50,395 nt of DNA, from NCBI GenBank assembly GCA_035277565.1, contig DATEKG010000235.1:1-50395 (forward strand), read 5' to 3'. The position numbers and the translations under genes are program-made. The DNA comes from Pseudolabrys sp. (GTDB taxonomy: Bacteria; Pseudomonadota; Alphaproteobacteria; Rhizobiales; Xanthobacteraceae). Of this stretch, positions 11,502 to 22,661 are shown one piece after another; positions within the stretch are counted from its first letter, which is position 1; each line of letters begins with the position of its first letter. The notes under the pieces were generated by a model. The model was not told the DNA's origin, did no database searches, and saw only the letters and a program-made list of their open reading frames with translations.

Positions 11502-11975
11502 CTACTCGGCGCGCTCATCCTTGCCGGACTCGGGGTTTTGCTTGGGCAACGACGGATCGGGGACGCGCCGCCATTGCTCCGGCGCGAGATCCACGACGCT
11601 ATCCTCATGTTCTTTAGATGCTCCGATACCGAACAAGTGTTCGATCACCCGGCGCAAAGGGCCGATGAGCAGTGCCAGGGCCATGACGTCGGAAATAAAC
11701 CCCGGAATCAGCAGTAAAATTCCCGCGAGCAAAGTAAGGCCCCCGAGGCTGTCGGCCTGCAAGGCGGTAAATGTCCCCTGCCTGAGGGCAACGCGCATGC
11801 GGGCAATGTGACTGCCGCCCGCATGGCGCAGAATGAGCAAACCCGCGACCGATCCGGCGAATATCAAGCTTAACGCCCAGCCAAAGCCGATTGTCGCAGC
11901 GACGGCGATGAATGCGGCAAGTTCCAGGAATGGCATTGCCAAGACGGCCCACAGCACCCATTTTGCCACATTCAT
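11502..11975 (-). CDS. fxsA: FxsA family membrane protein
   Basis: PFLELA N-terminal TM, LAGILLLIPGFISD; usual position beside secB. Confidence 0.85.
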   Translation of the reverse strand: MNVAKWVLWAVLAMPFLELAAFIAVAATIGFGWALSLIFAGSVAGLLILRHAGGSHIARMRVALRQGTFTALQADSLGGLTLLAGILLLIPGFISDVMALALLIGPLRRVIEHLFGIGASKEHEDSVVDLAPEQWRRVPDPSLPKQNPESGKDERAE

Positions 11976-12184
11976 CGGAGTTTCTCTTGTTGCGCGATGT
12001 TGGCCTAAGCGTCTTGATCGTCTAAGGTTCGACTGAGTTAGCTGTATGCGCGGAGTTTATGGCGTACAGCCCGGGTTAAGGATTGATATGACCACCGGCG
12101 GATGCAATAGCGGCAAGCCCGGCTATTGAACCGGAACGCCAGAACGCTGATCCGGCCGATGCGCCGCCACGGTAAGCCGAAAGC

Positions 12185-12901
12185 ATGCGAGACGTGTTCG
12201 ATATCTACACCATCATTTTCCTGGCGCTCGCGGTCTTCATCTTCCTGCGGCTTCGCAGCGTTTTGGGTCAGCGAACGGGCAGGGAGCGGCCTCCCTATGA
12301 TCCGTATTCGGCTCGCGAGCCTGTGCGCCCGGCCACCGAAAAAGTCGTAGCGCTTCCCAGCCGTCCCGCGGAAACGGCGGCGCCCAAGCAGTCCGAGCCG
12401 GTTGAAGCTCCTGCTGAACGCTGGAAAGGCGTTGCCGAGCCCGGATCGGCAATTGCAGCGGGGCTCGACGCCATCGCCTCGGCCAATTCCGATTTCGATG
12501 CCAAGCATTTTCTGACCGGCGCCCGCGCCGCTTATGAAATGATCGTCAATGCCTATGCCGAGGGCGATCGCCGCACGCTTAAAAATCTGCTGGCGCGCGA
12601 AGTCTATGACGGATTCGAGGCCGCGATCAGTGAGCGCGAAAAACGCGGCGAGACCGTGGAAAGCCGTTTTGTCTCGATCGATAATGCGGACGTCACCGCT
12701 GCGGAATTGCGCGGACGAAGCGCGCAGGTGACGGTACGTTTCCAATCGAAGCTTGTCTCGGTGACGCGTGACAAGGACGGCAAGGTGGTTGATGGAAACG
12801 CCGAACGCGTGACCGACATTACCGACGTCTGGACGTTTGCGCGTGATGTCGGTTCGCGTGATCCGAACTGGAAGCTCGTTGCCACCGAAGCCGGGCAGTG
12901 A
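12185..12901 (+). CDS. Tim44/TimA family adaptor protein
   Basis: N-terminal TM then LRSVLGQRTGRE; FLTGARAAYEMIV; DVWTFAR...PNWKLVAT. Confidence 0.9.
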   Translation: MRDVFDIYTIIFLALAVFIFLRLRSVLGQRTGRERPPYDPYSAREPVRPATEKVVALPSRPAETAAPKQSEPVEAPAERWKGVAEPGSAIAAGLDAIASANSDFDAKHFLTGARAAYEMIVNAYAEGDRRTLKNLLAREVYDGFEAAISEREKRGETVESRFVSIDNADVTAAELRGRSAQVTVRFQSKLVSVTRDKDGKVVDGNAERVTDITDVWTFARDVGSRDPNWKLVATEAGQ

Positions 12902-12905
12902 CGGC

Positions 12906-14174
12906 ATGCCGGCGACACGCCTCCGCAGCAGCGCTGCCTTTTTGATTTGTCCATGGCTGTTTTTGACGGCGGCGGCGGAGCCCGCCGCCGCAACGCATCT
13001 GCGAAATGCGCGGATCGAACCTCTCACATTTGCGGCCCTCGACGGCTGGAAAAATGACGATCTTGCCGCGGCCTTCGACACTTTCCTGAAGAGTTGCGGC
13101 GCCATTCTCAATGGCACCAAGGCGATGCGCGCTGCACGGCCGTTTTACGGCACGCTGTTCAAAGTGTGCGAGCGCGCGGTTTCCGCGGGGAAGCTCGATC
13201 GCGAACAGGCGCGCGCCTTTTTCGAGGGCAATTTCAAGCCGGTGCGCGTCACGCCGGCGGGGCAGACCGAGGGCTTCTTCACCGGCTACTACGAAACCGA
13301 AGTCGATGGCTCACGCTTCCCGAGCGATGAATATACCGTGCCAATCTATGCGGCGCCGGCCGATACCGTGAAACGGCACCAGGGCAAAGTGTTCGGCGAT
13401 CTCGATCGGACCAGGATCGAGGACGGCGCGCTGGCCGGCAAGCATCTGGAAATCTGCTACGTCAAGGATCCGGTTGACGCGTTCTTCGCGCAAATTCAAG
13501 GCTCGACCCGCGTGAAGCTCGACAGCGGGAAATTGCTGCGGCTCAATTATATCGCCAGTAACGGCATGCCCTACACCCCGGTTGGCAAATTCCTGATTGA
13601 TCGCGGAATCGTCTCCAGGGAAGAAATGTCCATGGACAAGATCCGTGATTTTATGGAGGCCAATCCTGAAGAGGGCAAAGAGCTGCGCCGCAAGGACCGG
13701 TCGTTCGTCTTTTTCCAGGAAACTCCGCTGAATGAGCACGACGAGGTTATCGGCGCGCAAGGTGTGCCGCTTACGCCGGGACGTTCGCTTGCGGTCGACA
13801 GAAGCATGCACGTCTTCGGAACGCCGATATGGGTCGAAGCGGAGTTTCCGATTGAAAGCGAAAGGCCCGAAACCAGGTTCCGGCATCTGCTTTTTGCCCA
13901 GGACACCGGATCCGCGATTGTGGGTCCGGCGCGCGCCGACATCTATTTTGGGCACGGTGAGGAGATCAGCCATATCGCGGGCCGTATCAAGCAGCACGGA
14001 CAGTTCGTGATGCTGGTGCCGCAGAGTGTTGCGGTCAGCGGTACCGCGGTTGCCGCTGCGTCAGACATTCCGCTGCCGAAGCCGCGCCCGCAATTGGTAA
14101 TGACTGCCGCAGCGCGGACGTCGGTGACGACAACCGGGGGCATCCCGGTTTCCTTGCGCAAGCGGCACCGCTAG
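12906..14174 (+). CDS. mltA: Murein lytic transglycosylase MltA (start probably 12906)
   Basis: FTGYYE, FAQIQGS, NG.PY, GAQGVPLTPGRSLAVD, AQDTGSAIVG..RADIYFG. Confidence 0.92.
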   Translation: MPATRLRSSAAFLICPWLFLTAAAEPAAATHLRNARIEPLTFAALDGWKNDDLAAAFDTFLKSCGAILNGTKAMRAARPFYGTLFKVCERAVSAGKLDREQARAFFEGNFKPVRVTPAGQTEGFFTGYYETEVDGSRFPSDEYTVPIYAAPADTVKRHQGKVFGDLDRTRIEDGALAGKHLEICYVKDPVDAFFAQIQGSTRVKLDSGKLLRLNYIASNGMPYTPVGKFLIDRGIVSREEMSMDKIRDFMEANPEEGKELRRKDRSFVFFQETPLNEHDEVIGAQGVPLTPGRSLAVDRSMHVFGTPIWVEAEFPIESERPETRFRHLLFAQDTGSAIVGPARADIYFGHGEEISHIAGRIKQHGQFVMLVPQSVAVSGTAVAAASDIPLPKPRPQLVMTAAARTSVTTTGGIPVSLRKRHR

Positions 14175-14177
14175 TCC

Positions 14178-14714
14178 ATGCGTCCCGGGGACGGCAACCG
14201 GCGCCGCGTCTTGTCGGCCGAGGAGCGCGTGCTTTGGAAAACGGTCACAAAATCGATCGCCCCGCTGGGTGGCGGTCTTGAGGCCGACGAAACCGCCGAA
14301 AATGCCGAGCCTGCAAGCACTTCCTCGCGTCGCCTCGGGCCGGCCGGGGCGCCGCTTGCGAAGGGCGCGCCGCCACCGCTGGCGCCGCTCGGGCGTCGTA
14401 TGCGCATGCGGGTTGCCCGAGGCAAGGAGGCGATTGACGGCCGGCTCGATCTACATGGGTTGACGCAAAGCGAAGCTCATGCCGCGCTCCTGAATTTCCT
14501 GCGTACGGCCGGTGCGCGCGGCGCGCGCATTGTCCTGATCATTACCGGCAAGGGCGGGCGAGGCGATAGCGAACGTGGTATACTCAAGCGTCAGGTGCCG
14601 CACTGGCTCGGTCTTCCGGAATTTCGTGCGTTCATTGTCGGCTTCGAGGAAGCGCACATCGCTCACGGCGGCGAAGGCGCCCTTTATGTGAGGATGCGCC
14701 GTATCCGCGCTTAG
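14178..14714 (+). CDS. Smr/MutS2 C-terminal domain protein
   Basis: [24 protein letters not shown]. Confidence 0.9.
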   Translation: MRPGDGNRRRVLSAEERVLWKTVTKSIAPLGGGLEADETAENAEPASTSSRRLGPAGAPLAKGAPPPLAPLGRRMRMRVARGKEAIDGRLDLHGLTQSEAHAALLNFLRTAGARGARIVLIITGKGGRGDSERGILKRQVPHWLGLPEFRAFIVGFEEAHIAHGGEGALYVRMRRIRA

Positions 14715-16015
14715 AGGATGAACCGGCTCAAATCGGCGTTCTTTGCCAGATCGCCGATGTGCTTCTGCACATAATCGGCGTCGATCTGGACTGTCTCACC
14801 CGACCGGTCGGGCGCTGCGAACGAGACTTCGTCAAGCACACGCTCCATCACGGTCTGCAATCGCCGGGCACCGATGTTCTCGACGCTTGCATTGACCGCC
14901 ACTGCGATGTCGGCGATGGCATCGATGGCATCCTCGGTGAACTCGAGTTTCACGCCTTCGGTATCCATCAGCGCCACGTATTGTTTGATCAGCGACGCTT
15001 CCGGTTCGGTCAGTATGCGGCGGAAATCGTCGCGCGTCAGCGCCTTTAGTTCGACGCGTATGGGCAGCCGTCCCTGCAATTCAGGGAGAAGGTCGGATGG
15101 CTTGGAAATGTGAAACGCGCCCGAAGCAATAAACAGGACGTGGTCGGTCTTGACGGGCCCATGCTTGGTATTGACGGTGGTTCCCTCGATCAGCGGCAGC
15201 AGATCGCGCTGAACGCCTTCGCGAGAGACATCGGCGCCGCGCAGACCTTCGCGGCCGGCAATCTTGTCGATTTCATCCAGGAAGACGATGCCATTCTGCT
15301 CGACCGAACGAATCGCCTCCTGAACGAGTTGCTCATTGTCGAGCAGCTTGTCGGACTCCTCGCTCACCAGAATATTGTGGGATTCATCGACGGTCACATG
15401 TCGCGTCTTTGTGCGACCTCCGCTCAGCTTGCCAAAAATGTCGCCGATATTGATCGCACCCATCTGCGCACCGGGCATGCCCGGAATTTCGAACATCGGC
15501 ATGCCGGTGCCGCCCTGAACCTCGATCTCGATTTCCTTGTCGTTCAATTCGCCAGCCCGCAATTTCTTCCGGAAATTCTCGCGCGTCGCCGGGCTCGCGC
15601 CTGGTCCGACGAGTGCGTTCAGCACGCGCTCTTCGGCGGCCTGTTCCGCGCGCGCCTGCACGTCCTTTCGCTTGCGCTCGCGTACCAGGGTGATCCCGAT
15701 TTCGACCAGATCGCGCACAATTTGCTCGACATCACGGCCCACATAACCGACTTCGGTGAATTTGGTCGCCTCGACCTTGAGGAACGGCGCGGCGGCGAGC
15801 TTTGCGAGACGGCGGGAAATCTCGGTTTTGCCGACACCGGTGGGGCCGATCATCAGGATGTTCTTCGGCAACACTTCCTCTCGCAGCTTTTCGTCGAGCT
15901 GCAGGCGTCGCCAGCGATTACGCAGCGCAATTGCGACGGCGCGCTTGGCATCGCCTTGACCGACGATATAGCGGTCAAGCTCGGAAACGATTTCGCGCGG
16001 AGAGAAGTCAGTCAA
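14711..16015 (-). CDS. hslU: ATP-dependent protease ATPase subunit HslU (TTG start, 434 aa)
   Basis: [43 protein letters not shown]-terminal SRFIL. Confidence 0.97.
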   Translation of the reverse strand: MTDFSPREIVSELDRYIVGQGDAKRAVAIALRNRWRRLQLDEKLREEVLPKNILMIGPTGVGKTEISRRLAKLAAAPFLKVEATKFTEVGYVGRDVEQIVRDLVEIGITLVRERKRKDVQARAEQAAEERVLNALVGPGASPATRENFRKKLRAGELNDKEIEIEVQGGTGMPMFEIPGMPGAQMGAINIGDIFGKLSGGRTKTRHVTVDESHNILVSEESDKLLDNEQLVQEAIRSVEQNGIVFLDEIDKIAGREGLRGADVSREGVQRDLLPLIEGTTVNTKHGPVKTDHVLFIASGAFHISKPSDLLPELQGRLPIRVELKALTRDDFRRILTEPEASLIKQYVALMDTEGVKLEFTEDAIDAIADIAVAVNASVENIGARRLQTVMERVLDEVSFAAPDRSGETVQIDADYVQKHIGDLAKNADLSRFIL

Positions 16016-16029
16016 TTGCAGATACTCGA

Positions 16030-16581
16030 TTACGACTTGAGCGACTCGATGGTGACGTTTCGATTGGTGAAGACGCAAATATCCGCCGCGATATCGAGCG
16101 ACCGGCGCACGATCTGCTCCGCGTCGAGCGGGCCGTCGAGCAGGGCGCGCGCGGAAGCGAGCGCATAGTTGCCGCCGGAACCGATGCCCATGACGCTGTT
16201 TTCCGGCTCGAGGACGTCGCCGGTGCCCGTGAGCACAAGGGACACGCTAGCGTCCGCCACGATCATCATTGCTTCGAGGCGGCGCAGGTAGCGGTCGGTC
16301 CGCCAGTCTTTCGCAAGTTCAACGGCGGCGCGGGTCAGCTGGCCTGGATATTGCTCGAGCTTCGACTCAAGCCGCTCGAACAGGGTAAAGGCGTCGGCCG
16401 TCGCTCCGGCAAAACCGCCGATGACGTCGCCCTTTCCGAGCCGGCGGACCTTCTTGGCATTGGATTTGACGATCGTTTGCCCGATCGAAACCTGCCCGTC
16501 CCCGCCGATGACGACGGTACCGCCTTTTCGGACGGTGAGGATGGTCGTGCCGTGCCAGGAAGGGATTTCGGTCGATGACAT
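16030..16581 (-). CDS. hslV: ATP-dependent protease peptidase subunit HslV
   Basis: Short propeptide then TTILTVR; [22 protein letters not shown]. Confidence 0.97.
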   Translation of the reverse strand: MSSTEIPSWHGTTILTVRKGGTVVIGGDGQVSIGQTIVKSNAKKVRRLGKGDVIGGFAGATADAFTLFERLESKLEQYPGQLTRAAVELAKDWRTDRYLRRLEAMMIVADASVSLVLTGTGDVLEPENSVMGIGSGGNYALASARALLDGPLDAEQIVRRSLDIAADICVFTNRNVTIESLKS

Positions 16582-16607
16582 CAGCTTAAAACCCAGCGAT
16601 TGCCGTC

Positions 16608-16636
16608 ATCTAGGCACGCCGCGGTGCAATTGCAAA
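16608..16636 (-). promoter_or_regulatory. Putative RpoH (sigma32) promoter for hslVU
   Basis: Minus strand TTTGCA-N16-CCTAGAT resembles the alphaproteobacterial RpoH consensus CTTGAA-N15/16-CCTATAT. Confidence 0.55.
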
Positions 16637-16704
16637 CCGGCTTCGCCGGCTGTGGCGAATCCGGTAAACCCCTGATAAAAGGCGCGCGCATAAAGGAATT
16701 CTGC

Positions 16705-17298
16705 ATGCGCAAGGCTGTCGTTAAGCGCAAGACCAAGGAAACTGATGTCGAGGTCGAAATCGATCTCGACGGGGCCGGCCGCGCGTCGATCGCGACCGGG
16801 ATCGGATTTCTCGACCATATGCTCGATCTCCTCGCGCGGCATTCGCGCATCGATATGACGGTCAGGGCCAAGGGCGACCTGCACATCGATCATCACCACA
16901 CCACCGAAGATGTCGGGATTGCGCTGGGCCAGGCGCTTAAGCAGGCGCTCGGCGACATGAAGGGCATCACGCGCTACGCCGATGTTCATGTCCCGATGGA
17001 CGAGGCATTGACCCGCGTTGCGATCGACATCTCCGGCCGTCCATTTCTGGTGTTCAAGGCCGAGTTTGTGCGGGACAAGGTCGGCACTTTCGACACCGAA
17101 TTGGTGCAGGAGTGGTTCCAGGCCTTCGCGACCAATGCGGGCATCACATTGCACGCCGAGGCGTTGTACGGCACGAACGATCACCATATTGCCGAGTCCT
17201 GTTTCAAAGGCTTGGCGCGCGCGTTGCGGGCGGCTGTCGCAATCGATCCGCGTGGAAGGGACGAAGTGCCGTCCACGAAGGGTTCGCTCGGCGGCTGA
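16705..17298 (+). CDS. hisB: Imidazoleglycerol-phosphate dehydratase (start MRKAVVKR)
   Basis: [41 protein letters not shown]; AAGGA RBS. Confidence 0.97.
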   Translation: MRKAVVKRKTKETDVEVEIDLDGAGRASIATGIGFLDHMLDLLARHSRIDMTVRAKGDLHIDHHHTTEDVGIALGQALKQALGDMKGITRYADVHVPMDEALTRVAIDISGRPFLVFKAEFVRDKVGTFDTELVQEWFQAFATNAGITLHAEALYGTNDHHIAESCFKGLARALRAAVAIDPRGRDEVPSTKGSLGG

Positions 17299-17417
17299 CA
17301 CGTGCCGGCAACGGTCGTCGCGCGACGAATGTCATCGGTCGCGACGAGATGCGACAGCCTGCCGAACAGATTGCCGTGATCGAACCGGCCACGAGAGTTT
17401 GAGTATAAGGACGAGCA

Positions 17418-17924
17418 ATGCCGACCTACACCGTCCACGCTCCGCCGCGGCGCATCGATGATGAATCGGACAGGCCCGACCGCTTTCGATTTATCCGTGA
17501 CGGATTTTATTTCTGGGCATTCGCGCTCGCCCCGCTATGGTTGCTGTTCCATCGGCTCTGGCTGGCTCTGCTGATTTATGTCGTCGGCTACGGCGCCGCC
17601 GGGACCGGCATGGCATTGCTGCGTGTCCCGTCGAATATCCAGTTGATCGTTGGTATCCTGGTCGCCGCGATCATCGGCGTCGAAGCCTCGACCATCTGGC
17701 GCTGGACCTTGACCCGCCGCGGTTGGACCGCGGTCGGTTTTGTCGTCGGCGAGGATGCCGAAATTGCGGAGCGACGTTTCTACGGCGAATGGTGCAGCCG
17801 CCGTGCAGATGCGTCGTCAAAGACCGGCCCGGCAGAGCCGAGATATGCGACGCCGGTGTGGCGCGGGCCGCCGTCTTCGACCGACGTTATTGGTCTGTTT
17901 CCCGAACCGGGAGGCCATCCGTGA
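17418..17924 (+). CDS. DUF2628-like membrane protein
   Basis: YTVHAP, FIRDGF..WAF...[15 protein letters not shown]; position between hisB and hisH. Confidence 0.75.
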   Translation: MPTYTVHAPPRRIDDESDRPDRFRFIRDGFYFWAFALAPLWLLFHRLWLALLIYVVGYGAAGTGMALLRVPSNIQLIVGILVAAIIGVEASTIWRWTLTRRGWTAVGFVVGEDAEIAERRFYGEWCSRRADASSKTGPAEPRYATPVWRGPPSSTDVIGLFPEPGGHP

Positions 17925-18571
17925 GCGTCGCCATTGTCGACTACGGTTCCGGCAATCTGCATTCGGCGGCCAAAGCCTTCGAGCGCGCCGCGCACGAAAG
18001 CGGCCATTCACAGCCGATTCTCGTGACAGGCGATCCGGATGCAGTCGCGCGCGCAGAGCGCGTCGTGCTGCCGGGCGTGGGCGCGTTTGCCGATTGCCGC
18101 CGCGGTCTGGACGCGATTCCGGGGATGATCGAGTCGCTCGAGCAAAGCGTGCGCAAGAAGGGAAAGCCTTTTTTTGGAATCTGCGTCGGAATGCAGTTGA
18201 TGGCCGAGCGCGGACGCGAATATCGGATAACGCCGGGCCTTGGCTGGATCCCCGGCGAAGTCGATCGCATAACACCGACGGATTCGTCGCTGAAAATTCC
18301 GCACATGGGATGGAATACGCTGAATCTGGTGCAAACCCATCCGTTGCTCGACGATATCCCGCTCGGCCCGGATGGGTTGCATGCATATTTTGTCCACTCA
18401 TATCAGCTCAAAACTGCCAGGCGTGCGGATCTCGTCGCGCAGGCCGACTATGGCGGGCCTCTCACCGCCATAGTCGGGCGTGAGAATATGGTCGGCACTC
18501 AATTCCATCCCGAAAAGAGCCAGCGGCTCGGCCTCGCCTTGATTGCAAATTTTCTGAAGTGGTCACCGTGA
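17921..18571 (+). CDS. hisH: Imidazole glycerol phosphate synthase glutaminase subunit (GTG start)
   Basis: [42 protein letters not shown]. Confidence 0.97.
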   Translation: MSVAIVDYGSGNLHSAAKAFERAAHESGHSQPILVTGDPDAVARAERVVLPGVGAFADCRRGLDAIPGMIESLEQSVRKKGKPFFGICVGMQLMAERGREYRITPGLGWIPGEVDRITPTDSSLKIPHMGWNTLNLVQTHPLLDDIPLGPDGLHAYFVHSYQLKTARRADLVAQADYGGPLTAIVGRENMVGTQFHPEKSQRLGLALIANFLKWSP

Positions 18572-19308
18572 TTCTCTTTCCAGCCATCGATCTGAAGGAA
18601 GGCCTCGCGGTACGGCTCGAGCAGGGTGATATGTCACGCGCGACCATCTTCCATCGCGATCCGGCTGCCCAGGCACGGGCATTCGAACAGCAGGGCTTCG
18701 AATATCTGCATATTGTCGACCTTGACGGCGCCTTCGCCGGCAAGCCGGTGAATGCCGGCGCTGTCGACAGGATTCTCGAAACCATCAGCATACCGGTTCA
18801 ATTGGGCGGCGGCGTGCGCGACACGGCAACGGTCGAGACGTGGCTGGATAAAGGCGTGACGCGTGTCATCATCGGCACGGCTGCGGTGCGGGATCCGCCT
18901 TTCGTCAAACAGGCAGCGCGCGACTATCCTGGGCAGATCGCCGTTGGACTTGATGCGCGCGACGGCAAGGTTGCGGTCGAGGGCTGGGCGCAAAATTCGG
19001 AATTGTCGGTGCTCGACATCGCAAAGCGCTTCGAGGACGTCGGTGTTGCGGCGATCGTCTACACCGACATATCCCGCGACGGAATGCTTCGCGGCCTCAA
19101 TCTGCAAGCGACCATTGCGCTCGCCGAAGCCATATCGATACCTGTGATCGCCTCAGGCGGTCTGGCCTCGATTGAAGATATCAAGGGGCTTTTGAGTCCG
19201 CAGGCGAAAAAACTCGCCGGCGCAATTGCCGGACGCGCGCTCTACGACGGACGGCTCGATGCCGCCGAGGCGCTCAGATTGATCCGCGCCGCGGGGCGTG
19301 CGGCCTGA
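18568..19308 (+). CDS. hisA: ProFAR isomerase
   Basis: [37 protein letters not shown]; GTGA overlap with hisH. Confidence 0.96.
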   Translation: MILFPAIDLKEGLAVRLEQGDMSRATIFHRDPAAQARAFEQQGFEYLHIVDLDGAFAGKPVNAGAVDRILETISIPVQLGGGVRDTATVETWLDKGVTRVIIGTAAVRDPPFVKQAARDYPGQIAVGLDARDGKVAVEGWAQNSELSVLDIAKRFEDVGVAAIVYTDISRDGMLRGLNLQATIALAEAISIPVIASGGLASIEDIKGLLSPQAKKLAGAIAGRALYDGRLDAAEALRLIRAAGRAA

Positions 19309-19416
19309 AGATTGAGTGATGCGATCGTTCTGTTGCGTGAGATGTATCGCGCACTGGAAATTCTTGCGGCGCTGGCTTAACTCATTTGCACCGGCGCCGA
19401 TTGGGTCTCGAACCAA

Positions 19417-20193
19417 ATGTTCAAAGTCCGCATCATTCCTTGCCTCGACGTCAAAGATGGCCGCGTGGTCAAGGGCGTGAATTTCGTCGACCTGCGCGAT
19501 GCCGGTAATCCGGTCGCGGCGGCGATCGCCTATGATGCGGCCGGCGCCGATGAACTTTGTTTTCTCGATATCACGGCAAGCCATGAGAATCGCGACATAA
19601 TTTATGATGTCGTGACGCGAACGGCGGAGGCCTGTTTCATGCCGCTCACCGTTGGCGGTGGCGTGCGGACCGTTGACGACATTCGCAAGCTGCTGACATG
19701 CGGAGCCGACAAGGTTTCGATCAATACGGCTGCCGTTGCACGGCGCGCCTTCGTGAAGGAGGCCGCCGAAAAATTCGGCGATCAATGTATCGTTGTGGCG
19801 ATCGACGCCAAAAAGGTTTCGAAGGCCGGTGAAAAGAACCGTTGGGAAATCTTCACGCATGGCGGCCGCAATCCAACCGGCATTGATGCGATCGGCTACG
19901 CCAGGGAAGTCGTCACGCTGGGCGCCGGGGAAATCCTGCTCACATCGATGGATCGCGACGGGACCAGGGAGGGTTATGACATCGCTCTGACGCGCATGGT
20001 TGCAGATGCCGTCAACGTTCCGGTGATCGCCTCAGGCGGGGTCGGCACGCTCGACCACATGGTTGAGGGCATCCGGGACGGTCATGCGACTGCCGTGCTT
20101 GCGGCCTCGATTTTTCACTTCGGTCAGCACACGGTGCGTGAAGCCAAAGCCTATATGGCGAAGGCGGGCCTGCCTGTCCGGCTGGACGCATAG
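19417..20193 (+). CDS. hisF: Imidazole glycerol phosphate synthase cyclase subunit
   Basis: [44 protein letters not shown]. Confidence 0.98.
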   Translation: MFKVRIIPCLDVKDGRVVKGVNFVDLRDAGNPVAAAIAYDAAGADELCFLDITASHENRDIIYDVVTRTAEACFMPLTVGGGVRTVDDIRKLLTCGADKVSINTAAVARRAFVKEAAEKFGDQCIVVAIDAKKVSKAGEKNRWEIFTHGGRNPTGIDAIGYAREVVTLGAGEILLTSMDRDGTREGYDIALTRMVADAVNVPVIASGGVGTLDHMVEGIRDGHATAVLAASIFHFGQHTVREAKAYMAKAGLPVRLDA

Positions 20194-20271
20194 GTCAGCC
20201 GCAATCAGGCGCAAGTCTGGCCATGACAACGGCCGAGCGGAGATGCTATTGAGCCCGTTGAAGGTTTGACC

Positions 20272-20592
20272 ATGAGCAAATTTACGCTGTCGGATCTTGA
20301 AAAGCGCGTGCACGAGCGTGCGAAGGCGAGCGCGGAGCAATCGTATACGCGCAGCCTGCTCGACAAGGGCGTCGCCCATTGTGCCAAAAAGCTCGGCGAA
20401 GAAGCGATCGAAACGGGCCTGGCCGCCGTGCAGGAGGACAAGCATCGGCTGGTCGCAGAGGCCGGCGATCTTCTCTATCATCTGCTTGTACTGCTTGAGG
20501 CCCGCGGCGTTTCACTTGCCGACGTCGAAGCTGCGCTTGAAAAACGCACGGCGCAAAGCGGGCTTGAGGAAAAGGCCGGCCGCTCCCGCTGA
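20272..20592 (+). CDS. hisE: Phosphoribosyl-ATP pyrophosphatase
   Basis: SYT..LL, KKLGEEAIE, EAGDLLYHLLV. Confidence 0.95.
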   Translation: MSKFTLSDLEKRVHERAKASAEQSYTRSLLDKGVAHCAKKLGEEAIETGLAAVQEDKHRLVAEAGDLLYHLLVLLEARGVSLADVEAALEKRTAQSGLEEKAGRSR

Positions 20593-20598
20593 CCGGAC

Positions 20599-21558
20599 AT
20601 GCTGATGGAACAGCGCATCGAACAGAACCTGTCGCCCTACCGCACGTTTTCGCGCGCGGAATGGGCGGCCCTGCGCGAGGACACGCCGATGACGCTGGCC
20701 TCCGAAGAGGTCACGCGCCTGCGTTCGCTGCACGACCGGCTCGACATGAAAGAGGTCGAGGAAATCTACCTTCCGCTGTCTCGGCTGCTGTCGATGTATG
20801 TTGCCGCAACGCAGCGGTTGTTCCGCGCGCAACAGCGCTTCCTTGGAACAGAAGATGTCAAGATGCCCTACATCATTGGCGTCGCTGGTTCGGTGGCTGC
20901 CGGCAAGTCCACGACCGCGCGCGTCCTGCAGGCGTTGCTGGCGCGATGGCCGAACGTGCCGAAGGTCGATCTGATTACGACCGACGGGTTTCTCTACCCG
21001 AATGCGGTGCTGGAGCGTGAAAATCTGATGGAAAAGAAGGGCTTTCCGGAGAGCTACGACCTCTCCGCGTTGCTCCGCTTCCTTTCCGACGTCAAGGCGG
21101 GACGGCGTCCCGCTCGCGCTCCGATCTATTCGCACCTGGTCTATGACGTCGTTCCGAACCAATGGGTCGAAGTGGACAGGCCCGACATCCTGATCGTGGA
21201 AGGTCTCAACGTTCTGCAGACGGGCCGGTTGCCGAAGGACGGCAAGGCTATTCCGTTCGTCTCGGACTTTTTTGATTTTTCGGTGTATCTCGATGCCGAC
21301 GAGGATGTTCTCAAGTCCTGGTACGTGGACCGGTTTCTGACCTTGCGCGGTACTTCGTTCCGCGATCCGAAATCATATTTCCATCGCTATTCGAGTCTGT
21401 CGGACAGTGAAGCGCGCGAAACTGCATCTTCGATCTGGACCCGCATCAATCTGGTCAATCTGCACGAGAATATATTGCCGACGCGCCAGCGCGCTGACCT
21501 GATTCTGAAAAAAGACGAAAGCCACCTCGTCGAAGAAGTGTCGTTGCGCAAATTGTGA
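20599..21558 (+). CDS. coaA: Type I pantothenate kinase
   Basis: [52 protein letters not shown]. Confidence 0.96.
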   Translation: MLMEQRIEQNLSPYRTFSRAEWAALREDTPMTLASEEVTRLRSLHDRLDMKEVEEIYLPLSRLLSMYVAATQRLFRAQQRFLGTEDVKMPYIIGVAGSVAAGKSTTARVLQALLARWPNVPKVDLITTDGFLYPNAVLERENLMEKKGFPESYDLSALLRFLSDVKAGRRPARAPIYSHLVYDVVPNQWVEVDRPDILIVEGLNVLQTGRLPKDGKAIPFVSDFFDFSVYLDADEDVLKSWYVDRFLTLRGTSFRDPKSYFHRYSSLSDSEARETASSIWTRINLVNLHENILPTRQRADLILKKDESHLVEEVSLRKL

Positions 21559-21573
21559 CGCGGACGGCGCCGG

Positions 21574-22524
21574 CTAGGCGGCCCTGCGGCTTAGATCGAA
21601 ATGCTTGAGATAACGTCGCTTGATTGCCGATACGGGCAAGACAATCAGCACGTCGGTGGTGCCGAACTCGTAATCGATCACCGCGCCGTCACCGATATAG
21701 GCGCCGAGCCGCAAATAGCCCTTGATCAGTGGCGGAAGCGCACGCAAGGCATCCTTTGGATCGATCGCTTCTTTCGACATCCGGTTCATTTCGACGAAGC
21801 GTTTTGGCAGGGCTCGCGCGCGCCACGGTTCCGGCGCACGTGCGTAATGGTGAAGGAATGAAAGCGGCAGAGCCAATCTCTTGGCGTCGGTGCCGTCGAG
21901 GCTCGCGCAGCCGAACATCACATCGCAGCGATTTTGCAAGATGTATGCATGGATGCCGTGCCAAAGGAGTTCGACTGTGCGCTTGTTGCGGTAGGGCGCC
22001 AGCACGCAGGAGCGCCCGAGTTCCAGAAACCGCAGCTCGGCATGACGGCCAACGAGTGCGCTGATGTCGAACTCGCTCGCGCTGTAGAATCCGCCATATT
22101 CCTCTGCGAGCGGTTGCCGGAGCAGGCGATAGGTACCGACTACGGCCGGACGATTGAGCGCGCTGCGATCGTGCGCGGCATGATCGACGACGAGCAAGTG
22201 ATCGCAGATCGCGTCGTAGCCGTCGATGTCGCGGCGCGCCAGCAGCCTGGCAGGATTGGGGACGGCGGACCCTTCCTGGTAGAAAATCCGGTAGCGAAGT
22301 TTTTGCGCCTGGCGCACTTCGGCGGCGGTCTGCGCAAGCCGCACTTCGAGCGAACCGATCCGGCCGAGGCTTTGCGAGGGGTGGTGCGAGCGTGCGGCCC
22401 AGGACCGCAGCCCGCCATAGGCCTGGAGCGAAGAAATCAGTCCCGGGACGCCGGGCGCGGATGGGGCCCCGCGAAACCTTTCGAACAGGGTTCGCGGGGG
22501 CTGAAGGGTGGCGCGGGTGGCCAT
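21574..22524 (-). CDS. GNAT N-acyltransferase, OlsB-like (ornithine/amino-lipid N-acyltransferase)
   Basis: AQKLRY.IF, D..CDHLLV, VGTYRL, ELGRSCV...YR, PPLIKGYLRLGA, FGTTDV. Confidence 0.8.
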   Translation of the reverse strand: MATRATLQPPRTLFERFRGAPSAPGVPGLISSLQAYGGLRSWAARSHHPSQSLGRIGSLEVRLAQTAAEVRQAQKLRYRIFYQEGSAVPNPARLLARRDIDGYDAICDHLLVVDHAAHDRSALNRPAVVGTYRLLRQPLAEEYGGFYSASEFDISALVGRHAELRFLELGRSCVLAPYRNKRTVELLWHGIHAYILQNRCDVMFGCASLDGTDAKRLALPLSFLHHYARAPEPWRARALPKRFVEMNRMSKEAIDPKDALRALPPLIKGYLRLGAYIGDGAVIDYEFGTTDVLIVLPVSAIKRRYLKHFDLSRRAA

Positions 22525-22661
22525 GGGCGATTGGGGTTCCCTACCGGCGGCAAATCATTGGATCAGCTAAGAATTCTGATCACCCGAATCACGGATCATC
22601 TGGCGACACCCCCTACACCACGATCCGGACACGGAATTATGACAGTGTGGGGAAGTCGGCG

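Noticed and set aside
12041-12070. Imperfect inverted repeat GCTGTATGC...GCGTACAGC in the fxsA-Tim44 gap
   Set aside because: Short, one mismatch, no recognisable regulator motif; could be chance.
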